This document shows, one piece after another, positions 56,926 through 64,000 of a stretch of 64,000 nt of DNA (the first letter of the stretch is position 1; every line of letters begins with the position of its first letter). The DNA is taken from assembly GCA_964383815.1 (NCBI GenBank), contig CAYLIC010000003.1, forward strand, positions 3,606 to 67,605, read 5' to 3'. The DNA comes from an uncultured Faecalibacterium sp. GTDB lineage: Bacteria > Bacillota > Clostridia > Christensenellales > Aristaeellaceae. The translations under genes and the position numbers were made by a program. Under the pieces are notes generated by a model that saw nothing but the letters and a program-made list of their open reading frames with translations, had not been told where the DNA came from and searched no databases.

Positions 56926-58052
56926 TCGTACACCCGGTACACCAGCATCAGCAGGGCGCCGTCATCGGAGGTATGGCCCTCGATGCGGATGGGGAAATCG
57001 TAATCGTTGCGGAAGCGCAGGTTCAGGTTATCATTGCCCACGGCGGCATCCACCCCATGGGGCAGATACTTGGCGCCGCTGGGCCCGTGGGGACGGCGCT
57101 GCAGGATGGTCACCTGGGGCAGCTGCATCAGGGCGTTGTACAGCGTGGAGGACACCTGGCAGGTGCCGCCGCCATACCCGGGCACGGAGGTGCCGTTCAC
57201 CAGCACCCAGGCCTTCTGGTAGCCGTACTGGGGGCGATAGGGGCCCACGTCCTTGTTGAAGTTCAGGGATTCGCCGGGCTGCATCACCCGGGTCAGGCGC
57301 TCGCAGGCCACGCGGATGTTGATGATGCGGCTCTTGTTGATATCCGTCTGCGCCATGGTGTAGTAGGAGGTATAGGCTGCAATGGGCGTTTCCTCATTGA
57401 TGGGTTCATCCGTGGGGGAAACGGGAATCAGGTCGGTCAGGTCGTTCATGTCGATGTAGCCATAGGTGCGCCAGTACAGCACAATGGCCCAGCCGTCCTG
57501 TATCTGCCAGATGCTCAGCCGGGTGCCCGGGTTCAGGACCACCCAGCTCTCATCGCTGTCGCTCATGGACTTGCGCACAGGGCATACATCCGCTGTGGTG
57601 GCGATGTAGGCCGCCTTCTGCACGCCATAGGGCGGCGTGTTCACCGGGTCAACGGGGGTGACGGAGGAAATCCTGTCCCGCTTGATGTAGCCAATATCGT
57701 TACCGGACCGGGCAATCACCCACGCGCTGCCAACGTACAGAACGTCAATCTGCTGGTTCTTGCCGGCGCTGCCGATGCGCTTGCTTTCCATGTCGCGCTG
57801 GGCAAAAAGGCTGGAGGCATTCTCCACCCGTGCGGTGTACAGGGCGGGGGAGGAAAGGGTGAAATCCTCCCGGGAAGCCTCCTGATAGGTGGCGCCTACA
57901 TGGGCCTCCTCGGCAGCGGTGTCGTCCACCTCGTCCAGCTGGAGCAGCTCGTCCATCTCCTCCTGGGTGGGCGATTCCTCCTCGCCCAGGGCGGGCAGGG
58001 CGGCAAGCAGCAGGCACAGGGCCATCAATAGCGAAAGCAGGCGTTTGGACAT
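56922..58052 (-). CDS. VanW family protein with N-terminal SH3-like regions
   Basis: Signal MSKRLLSLLMALCLLLAALPALG; C-terminus PGYGGGTCQVSSTLYNALMQLPQVTILQRRPHG. Confidence 0.75.
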   Translation of the reverse strand: MSKRLLSLLMALCLLLAALPALGEEESPTQEEMDELLQLDEVDDTAAEEAHVGATYQEASREDFTLSSPALYTARVENASSLFAQRDMESKRIGSAGKNQQIDVLYVGSAWVIARSGNDIGYIKRDRISSVTPVDPVNTPPYGVQKAAYIATTADVCPVRKSMSDSDESWVVLNPGTRLSIWQIQDGWAIVLYWRTYGYIDMNDLTDLIPVSPTDEPINEETPIAAYTSYYTMAQTDINKSRIINIRVACERLTRVMQPGESLNFNKDVGPYRPQYGYQKAWVLVNGTSVPGYGGGTCQVSSTLYNALMQLPQVTILQRRPHGPSGAKYLPHGVDAAVGNDNLNLRFRNDYDFPIRIEGHTSDDGALLMLVYRVYE

Positions 58053-58151
58053 GGGTCAAGGACCTCCTTGGTGAATAAATACCATTCGGTTCATTATATC
58101 ATCACGGGGCCGAAGCCGCAAGACCGCAGACGCTGGTTTTACAAAACGTGC

Positions 58152-58181
58152 AAAAAATGCGGCAAGCATGATGCCTGCCGC
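58152..58181 (-). terminator. Intrinsic terminator of pheST
   Basis: Minus strand GCGGCAGGCATCATGCTTGCCGC followed by ATTTTTT. Confidence 0.6.
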
Positions 58182-58227
58182 AAAAGAAAACGGACTGAAA
58201 AACCTGCCATCTCAGCATGCACAGGAT

Positions 58228-58296
58228 ACGCACACCCGAATGGGATGCTTATGGGATGGAATCCCTTAAGCGCCCTGCAGGGACAGCGCCCTGCAG
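58228..58296 (+). repeat. Two-hairpin intergenic repeat, forward copy (diverged hairpin 1)
   Basis: ACGCACACCCGAATGGGATGCTTATGGGATGGAATCCCTTAAGCGCCCTGCAGGGACAGCGCCCTGCAG. Confidence 0.75.
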
Positions 58297-58305
58297 GCAG
58301 AGTCC

Positions 58306-60699
58306 TCAGGCCCGCAGGGTGGCGCTGTGCCTGTCGGCGGCGGTGCGGAGAATCTTGTCCATGGCTTTGGTGATTTCCGCATCGGTCAGGGTGTGATCGG
58401 CGCCGCGGAAGATGAAGGAGAAGGCCACGGACTTCATGCCCTCGCCCAGAGCAGCGGAACGGTACACATCGAACATTTTCACATCCTCCAGGATGGAACC
58501 GGCGGCCTGAGCCATGTCGGCCATCAGGGGGCCAACGTGCACATCCTCTGCCATCACCAGGGACAGATCACGGGTTACGGCAGGGAAGCGGGGCATGGGC
58601 TTCACGGTGCCCATGGGCTTGTGCAGGCGGGCCAGCTGATCCATGTCCAGCTCGGCAATGTAGGCACGCATGGGCATGTCGAAGGCCTCACGCACGGCAG
58701 GGTGCACCTCACCCAGGCAGCACACCTGCTCATCGCCAGCCATCAGCACGGCCCTGCGCCCGGGGTGCAGGTAGCTTTCGCCACGGGCCTCCACCACGGT
58801 TTCAATGCCCAGGGCGGAAAGCAGGCGCTCCACCACACCGCGCAGGGTGAAGAAGTCCACCTCCTTGCCGTACACGCCCAGGCACAGCTTCTGGGTTTCC
58901 ACAGGCAGGCCTTCCCCGGTGCGCGCCTCGCCGTCAAACACGGCGGAAGCCTCGAACAGGCGGGCAGCCTCGTTGCTGCGGTTCATGTTCAGGGCCAGGG
59001 TGGACAGCATGCCGGGGGTCAGTGTGGTGCGCATGACGCTGGTGTCCTCGCCCAGGGGGTTGCGGATGGGCAGCTGCACCAGCCGGGGATCATCCTGGGA
59101 AAGGTCCAGCTTTTCCACTGTGCGGGGATTGACGAAGGAGAAATTCAGAATTTCATAGAAGCCCATAGCCACCAGGTGGCGGGTGACCTCGTCCTTCAGG
59201 CGCATGCGGGGGGAGCGGCAGCCGGGGGTGGTGTCGCCACGGAGCAGGGTGGAAGGAATGTGGTCATAGCCGTACACCCGCAGCGCTTCCTCAGACAGGT
59301 CAGCCTCGCCGTCCACGTCCTGACGGTAGTCGGGCACGGCAACGGTTAAATGATCACCATCCCGCTGAACGCCGAAGTTCAGCTTTTCAAGGATGCTAAC
59401 GATTTCATCGGCGGGGATGTCCACACCGGTGCGGTGCACAATGCGCTCAATGGAGCCGGTAACCACCTGCTGCCCGGCAGGCTCCGGGTAAACATCGATG
59501 ATGCCGGACACCACATCGCCGGCGTCCAGCTGGTTAATCATCTGGCAGGCCCGCTGCATGGCCTCCATGGCGGTCTTGACGGACACACCCTTTTCAAAAC
59601 GGGCGGAAGACTCGGTGCGGATGCCCAGGGCGCGGCTGGTGATGCGGGTGGCAGCCCGGTCGAACACGGCGCATTCGAACATCATGGTGTGGGTCTTTTC
59701 GGTAATCTCGGATTCCTCGCCGCCCATGATGCCCGCCACGCAGGAGGGCTTCACCGCATCGCAGATCACCAGCTGACCGGGGGTCAGGTCGTGCTGCTTG
59801 CCATCCAGGGTGGTAATGTGCTCACCCTCTTTGGCCTTGCGGACGATGATGTGGTTGCCCTCCACCATGTCTAGGTCGAAGGCGTGCATGGGGTGACCTG
59901 TTTCCAGCATGATGAAGTTGGTAATGTCCACCACGTTGTTGATGGAGCGCATGCCGGCGCCATTCAGGTATTTGCGCAGCCACATGGGGGACTGGCCTAC
60001 GCGAACATTCTTGATAACCCGGGCAATGTAGCGCGGGCACAGGTCGGTGGCCTCAATGTCCACCTTCACATAGTCGTGTACATCGCCGCCGCATTCCTTC
60101 ACGGTGATTTCCGGTTTGGTGAAGGTGGTGCCGCAGGCCACGGCGGTTTCGCGGGCAATGCCCCACACGCTCAGGCAGTCGGGCCGGTTGGCCAGCACTT
60201 CAAAGTCCATCACGGTGTCATCCATGCCCAGAATCGGCTTTACATCGCTGCCCACGGGGTAGTCCTCGTGGAAAATCAGCAGTCCGGCCTCACCCACATG
60301 GGGGTAGACCTCCACCGGCACGCCCAGCTCGTCACCGCCGCAGAGCATGCCTTCGCTGGCCACGCCGCGGAGCTTGCCCTTCTTAATCTTCACGCCGCCG
60401 GGGAGCCGGGCGCCAATCTTTGCCACAGGCACCAGGATGCCGGCCTCACAGTTGGGTGCGCCGCAGACGATTTGCAGGGGTTCCTCCTCGCCCACGTCCA
60501 CGGTGGTCACATGCAGGTGATCGCTGTCCGGGTGCATCTCGCAGGTCAGCACCCGGCCTACCACCACGTTTTCCACCTCGGCGCCCTGAACCTCATAGCC
60601 CTCAACGCCGTTGCCAATCATAATCATCTTGTTCTGGTATTCTTCAGCGGAAACCGGAATATCAGCATATTCCTTAATCCATTTCATAGGTACCTTCAT
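58306..60699 (-). CDS. pheT: Phenylalanine--tRNA ligase beta subunit
   Basis: MKVPMKWIKEYADIP...tRNA-binding, B3/4, B5 and FDX-ACB regions; 797 aa. Confidence 0.95.
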   Translation of the reverse strand: MKVPMKWIKEYADIPVSAEEYQNKMIMIGNGVEGYEVQGAEVENVVVGRVLTCEMHPDSDHLHVTTVDVGEEEPLQIVCGAPNCEAGILVPVAKIGARLPGGVKIKKGKLRGVASEGMLCGGDELGVPVEVYPHVGEAGLLIFHEDYPVGSDVKPILGMDDTVMDFEVLANRPDCLSVWGIARETAVACGTTFTKPEITVKECGGDVHDYVKVDIEATDLCPRYIARVIKNVRVGQSPMWLRKYLNGAGMRSINNVVDITNFIMLETGHPMHAFDLDMVEGNHIIVRKAKEGEHITTLDGKQHDLTPGQLVICDAVKPSCVAGIMGGEESEITEKTHTMMFECAVFDRAATRITSRALGIRTESSARFEKGVSVKTAMEAMQRACQMINQLDAGDVVSGIIDVYPEPAGQQVVTGSIERIVHRTGVDIPADEIVSILEKLNFGVQRDGDHLTVAVPDYRQDVDGEADLSEEALRVYGYDHIPSTLLRGDTTPGCRSPRMRLKDEVTRHLVAMGFYEILNFSFVNPRTVEKLDLSQDDPRLVQLPIRNPLGEDTSVMRTTLTPGMLSTLALNMNRSNEAARLFEASAVFDGEARTGEGLPVETQKLCLGVYGKEVDFFTLRGVVERLLSALGIETVVEARGESYLHPGRRAVLMAGDEQVCCLGEVHPAVREAFDMPMRAYIAELDMDQLARLHKPMGTVKPMPRFPAVTRDLSLVMAEDVHVGPLMADMAQAAGSILEDVKMFDVYRSAALGEGMKSVAFSFIFRGADHTLTDAEITKAMDKILRTAADRHSATLRA

Positions 60700-60765
60700 A
60701 CCTGTATTCCTCCTATTGTAACATCCATGCGCATAAACTCAAACGGAACCCAAAGCCTCCATCGC

Positions 60766-60824
60766 AAACCGGGATTCTCAAGGGCTGAAGGCCCTTAAGC
60801 GGAGCCCAGAGGCAGAGCCTCTGG
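60766..60824 (+). repeat. Two-hairpin intergenic repeat between pheS and pheT
   Basis: AAACCGGGATTCTCAAGGGCTGAAGGCCCTTAAGCGGAGCCCAGAGGCAGAGCCTCTGG. Its last base abuts the pheS stop codon (60825-60827). Confidence 0.8.
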
Positions 60825-61847
60825 TTACCTGAACTGGCTGAGGAAACGCACATCGCCCTCGAAAAGGAGGCGCAGGTCGGTAACGCCGTAGCGCTGGGCG
60901 GTGATGCGGTCGATGCCGATGCCGAAGGCAAAGCCGGAGTAGACGGTGGAGTCGATGCCGCACATTTCCAGCACCCTGGGGTTCACCATGCCGCCGCCCA
61001 GCACCTCAATCCAGCCGGTACCCTTGCACACCCGGCAGCCTTTGCCATGGCAGGCGGCGCAGGTCAGGTCCACCTCGGTAGAGGGCTCGGTGAAGGGGAA
61101 GAAGCTGGGACGGAACCTGGTGGTGATACCCTTGCCGTACAGGCGCTCAGCAAAGGCGTTCAGGGTGCCGCGCAGGTCGGCCATGGTCACGTCCTTGTCC
61201 ACCACCAGGCCTTCAATCTGGTGGAAAACCGGGCTATGGGTGGCGTCCATCTCATCGGCGCGGTACACGCGGCCGGGGCAAATCACACGGATGGGCGGCT
61301 TGCGGCTGAGCATGGTGCGGGCCTGAATGGGGCTGGTGTGGGTGCGCAGCACAATGTTGTCATCCACATAAAAGGTGTCCTGGGCGTCACGGGCGGGGTG
61401 ATTCTTGGGGATGTTCATCAGCTCGAAATTGTAGTGATCTAGCTCAATCTCCGGGCCTTCAACCACCTGGAAGCCCATGCCGGTGAAGCAGTCCACCACC
61501 TCGTTCAGCACCAGGTTCATGGGATGTGCGCTGCCTTCCTTGGGCGTGGGAACAGGCTGGGTGACATCGATGGTTTCCCGCTTCAGGGCGGCCTCCTGGG
61601 CCAGCTTCTTCAGGCGGGCCTGCTTTTCCTCCAGCATGGCGGTGAACTTCTCCCGGGCCTCGTTGATCATCTGGCCTGCGGCGGGACGCTCCTCCGGGGA
61701 CAGCTGACCCATGCCGCGCAAAAGGGCGGTCAGCTCACCCTTCTTGCCCAGCACCTTTACCCGGAGTGCATCCAGGGCCTGCAGGCTTTCGCAGTCCGCC
61801 AGCTCGGTTGTCAGCAGCTGCTTGATCTGCGCAATCTTTTCCTTCAT
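60825..61847 (-). CDS. pheS: Phenylalanine--tRNA ligase alpha subunit
   Basis: ...HPARDAQDTFY...LRTHTSPIQAR...FRPSFFPFTEPS...GFAFGIGIDR (class II motifs 1-3). Confidence 0.95.
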   Translation of the reverse strand: MKEKIAQIKQLLTTELADCESLQALDALRVKVLGKKGELTALLRGMGQLSPEERPAAGQMINEAREKFTAMLEEKQARLKKLAQEAALKRETIDVTQPVPTPKEGSAHPMNLVLNEVVDCFTGMGFQVVEGPEIELDHYNFELMNIPKNHPARDAQDTFYVDDNIVLRTHTSPIQARTMLSRKPPIRVICPGRVYRADEMDATHSPVFHQIEGLVVDKDVTMADLRGTLNAFAERLYGKGITTRFRPSFFPFTEPSTEVDLTCAACHGKGCRVCKGTGWIEVLGGGMVNPRVLEMCGIDSTVYSGFAFGIGIDRITAQRYGVTDLRLLFEGDVRFLSQFR

Positions 61848-61865
61848 GGTAAAACCTTCCTTTCT

Positions 61866-62125
61866 TCTGCAAACAAAAACCTCCGTCCCCCTGGAGGGAC
61901 GAAGGCGAATTGCCGCGTGTTACCACCCTGATTCCGCACCCGGGCCTGTGCCGTGATGCGCTCGCTGCCGATTACGGGGCCGATCCGTCGCCGCCTAATG
62001 AGGGCGCAGGCCCCGTTCAGCAGCGCAGCTCAGGAGGGAATTTCCGGAAGGCTCGCCAGGACGCTTGCACCATGTGCGTCCCTCTCTCAGGCCAGCCCTG
62101 GCTCCGGCATTGTCTCCGTCGTCGC
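61866..62125 (-). promoter_or_regulatory. T-box leader of pheST
   Basis: The minus strand reads ...CUGAGAGAGGGA (AG box)...AAUCAGGGUGGUAACACGCGG (T-box core), followed by the terminator CGTCCCTCCAGGGGGACGG and AGGTTTTTGTTT (61866-61900). TTC triplets lie in the candidate specifier region near 62035-62050. Confidence 0.8.
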
Positions 62126-62142
62126 CTTTCAATATCGGGATG

Positions 62143-62171
62143 ATTATACCACGTCTTTCTGGCGATTGCAA
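62143..62171 (-). promoter_or_regulatory. Sigma-70-type promoter of the pheST leader
   Basis: Minus strand TTGCAA-17 nt-TATAAT with an extended -10 TG. Confidence 0.6.
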
Positions 62172-62174
62172 GCC

Positions 62175-62263
62175 CCAAAGGGAGCTGCCCTCTGGAAAAC
62201 TGGCAAAGGGCGCTGCCCTCTGCACTCCTGCTTAAGGGATTTCATCCCTGAAGAATCCCGTTT
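62175..62263 (-). repeat. Two-hairpin intergenic repeat, reverse copy with duplicated hairpin 2
   Basis: The reverse complement reads AAACGGGATTCTTCAGGGATGAAATCCCTTAAGCAGGAGTGCAGAGGGCAGCGCCCTTTGCCAGTTTTCCAGAGGGCAGCTCCCTTTGG. Confidence 0.75.
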
Positions 62264-62316
62264 TTCAGTGGGATTGGTGCGCCGGAAAAGGGGGTATCTG
62301 GGAAAGGCGTGCCGGA

Positions 62317-63069
62317 CTAGAAGTCCAGCAGGTCGGCGTAGGCTTGCTGGTCGAGGCCATCGGGGGAGAGGAAGGTGCAGGTGATGTGGCCCTGGTTCAG
62401 CAGATCCTGGTCGCTGCCGGGGGTGCTTGTCCAGTCCTGCTCCAGGGGGGAAAGCCAGAAGTAGGTATCCCCACGGGGGCTGAGGCGGCGCTCGTAGCTG
62501 TCCTTGTACACGTTGCGGGTAATGTCGCACATGCGGGGTTCCTTCAGCTGGTGCATGGGCACGGGCGGCACGTTCAGGTTCAGGACGGAAAACGCCGGCG
62601 CGGGGTAGTTCACCAGGCGCTCGCCCATGGCAACAGCCCAATCGGCAAAGAAGCGCATGGTATCATCCGGCGTAACGTATTCGCCGCTGACCGCCATGGC
62701 GGGAATGCCCTGGAAGGCAGCCTCCCGGGCGGCGCCAACGGTGCCGGAAACATACACCGCAAAGCCTGTGTTGTACCCGCGGTTAATGCCGCTGATAACC
62801 AGGTCGGGCCTTTGGCTGCAGAGGTTCATAAAGCCAACGCGGCAGCAGTCCACCGGGGAGCCGGCGATGGCCCAGGCCTCATCGGCGCCCTCTATGGTAA
62901 TGGGCCGGGCAATCAGCGGCTGGGAAATGGTGTAGCTGTGGGATTTGGCGCTCTGCTGGGTGGCGGGCGCGCACACGGTTACATGGTGGCCCCTTGCCGC
63001 CACGGCCCGGCACAGCAGGTGCAAAAGGGGACTGTCGAAGCCGTCGTCATTCACCAGAAGAATGTTCAT
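62317..63069 (-). CDS. surE: 5'/3'-nucleotidase SurE
   Basis: MNILLVNDDGFDSPLLHLL...SGINRGYN...YSGTVGAAREA-like VSGTVGAAREAAF. Confidence 0.9.
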   Translation of the reverse strand: MNILLVNDDGFDSPLLHLLCRAVAARGHHVTVCAPATQQSAKSHSYTISQPLIARPITIEGADEAWAIAGSPVDCCRVGFMNLCSQRPDLVISGINRGYNTGFAVYVSGTVGAAREAAFQGIPAMAVSGEYVTPDDTMRFFADWAVAMGERLVNYPAPAFSVLNLNVPPVPMHQLKEPRMCDITRNVYKDSYERRLSPRGDTYFWLSPLEQDWTSTPGSDQDLLNQGHITCTFLSPDGLDQQAYADLLDF

Positions 63070-63971
63070 GGGGTTTCTCCTTCCTCTGTGCCAAGGGCGG
63101 TGAGAAGCACCTGCACATTGGCGCGCATTACATCCTCATAATAGGTCAGCGGAGGGTTTTCCTCCGGGCCGGTCACAACAGGATCCAGGGTGTACACCTT
63201 TGCGCCGGTTTCCCGGGCCAGGGTTTGGGCAGCCATGTCCTCATACTGGGGTTCGGCAAACAGTGGCGGTGTGCCCAGGGCCTTCACCAGCATCACCAGC
63301 TCCGCCAGCGCAGCGGGGGAAAGGGCATCCCCGGGCTCCCGGTTCACCACGGCGGCAACGTTCAGGCCATAGGCCTTGGCGAAATAGGGAAAGGCCTCGT
63401 GAAAGGTGATGATGTCCTTGCTGGGCAAATCCTTCAGCGCGTGGCTGATTTCCTCATCCAGGGCAGCCAGGCGGGCAATGAAGGCATCCCTGTTGACGGC
63501 GATGGCTTCACCGCTTTCCGGGCAGGCGGCGATGAGGCCTTCCGCCAGGTTGCGCACCATGATTTGCGCGTTGCCTACGTCCAGCCACACATGGGCGTTG
63601 TACTCGCCGTGGTCGTGGGCCTCATGGTCGTGCTCCTCCTGGCACAGCAGCTCAATGCCGGTGGAGGCATCCACCACCATCAGGCTGGGAAAGGCCTCCA
63701 TCACACGGGTCAGGTAGCTCTCCATGCCTGCACCATTAATAAGGAAGGCATCCGCCGCAGCCAGCTTCTTCATGTCGCTGGTTTGCAGCTGATAATCGTG
63801 CAGGCACCCGGTGCCGGGCGCAGCCATGCAGCTGACCTCCAGGCCCTCAATGCCGTCCGTCAGGTTCAGGGCGAAAAGATAAACGGGGTAAAAGCTGGCA
63901 ACAATGGTCTGCCCCAGGGCGCAGGCGGGCAGCAGCAGCGCAGCCAGCAGGGCAGCGATGAGCTTCTTCAT
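63066..63971 (-). CDS. Metal (Zn/Mn) ABC transporter substrate-binding lipoprotein (ZnuA/TroA family)
   Basis: Lipobox LLLPACALG; His-rich loop EEHDHEAHDHGEYNAHVWLD; FHEAFPYFAKAYGL. Confidence 0.8.
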   Translation of the reverse strand: MKKLIAALLAALLLPACALGQTIVASFYPVYLFALNLTDGIEGLEVSCMAAPGTGCLHDYQLQTSDMKKLAAADAFLINGAGMESYLTRVMEAFPSLMVVDASTGIELLCQEEHDHEAHDHGEYNAHVWLDVGNAQIMVRNLAEGLIAACPESGEAIAVNRDAFIARLAALDEEISHALKDLPSKDIITFHEAFPYFAKAYGLNVAAVVNREPGDALSPAALAELVMLVKALGTPPLFAEPQYEDMAAQTLARETGAKVYTLDPVVTGPEENPPLTYYEDVMRANVQVLLTALGTEEGETP

Positions 63972-64000
63972 ACAGGGTTCCTTTCCATTTGAGATTCGCA

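Overview
This is a 64-kb chromosomal window from a high-GC Gram-positive anaerobe. The regulatory repertoire (T-box, PyrR attenuator, TPP riboswitch-thiT), the DapF/DapL lysine route, luxS and a sortase-type anchor fit a Clostridia/Oscillospiraceae-like gut Firmicute; that assignment is inference only. I support about 60 protein genes, one tRNA-Leu(UAA), three cis-regulatory RNAs, and several sigma-70-type promoters and intrinsic terminators. The content is mostly housekeeping: rnz, thiT, rpmE, DUF1385-prmC-prfA-tsaC, dnaE, pheST, dapF-dapL-cysK, pyrP-pyrR, tyrA, luxS, surE and ppaC. It also holds a maltodextrin/starch utilisation operon (CBM protein, MalEFG-like ABC, GH13, LacI), a heterodimeric ABC exporter, a MATE exporter, one two-component system and several cell-envelope proteins. 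I see no CRISPR array, no transposase, integrase or phage genes, and no recognisable defence or toxin-antitoxin module, so I cannot point to a convincing new multi-gene system. The strongest signal not explained by genes is a dispersed two-hairpin intergenic repeat family. It has 7 copies, shows compensatory stem changes, includes one inverted REPIN-like pair, and places three copies around or inside the pheST operon. Secondary candidates are two adjacent CofE-like (F420-ligase fold) paralogues with no F420 context, an uncharacterised wall-anchored protein beside a triple-CBM protein, a CARDB-like multi-domain membrane protein, and a lipoyl-less E2-like protein lacking the catalytic His. Many long ORFs in the six-frame track are antisense artefacts of high GC and were rejected. 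All coordinates come from manual reading, and start codons were chosen by Shine-Dalgarno spacing.
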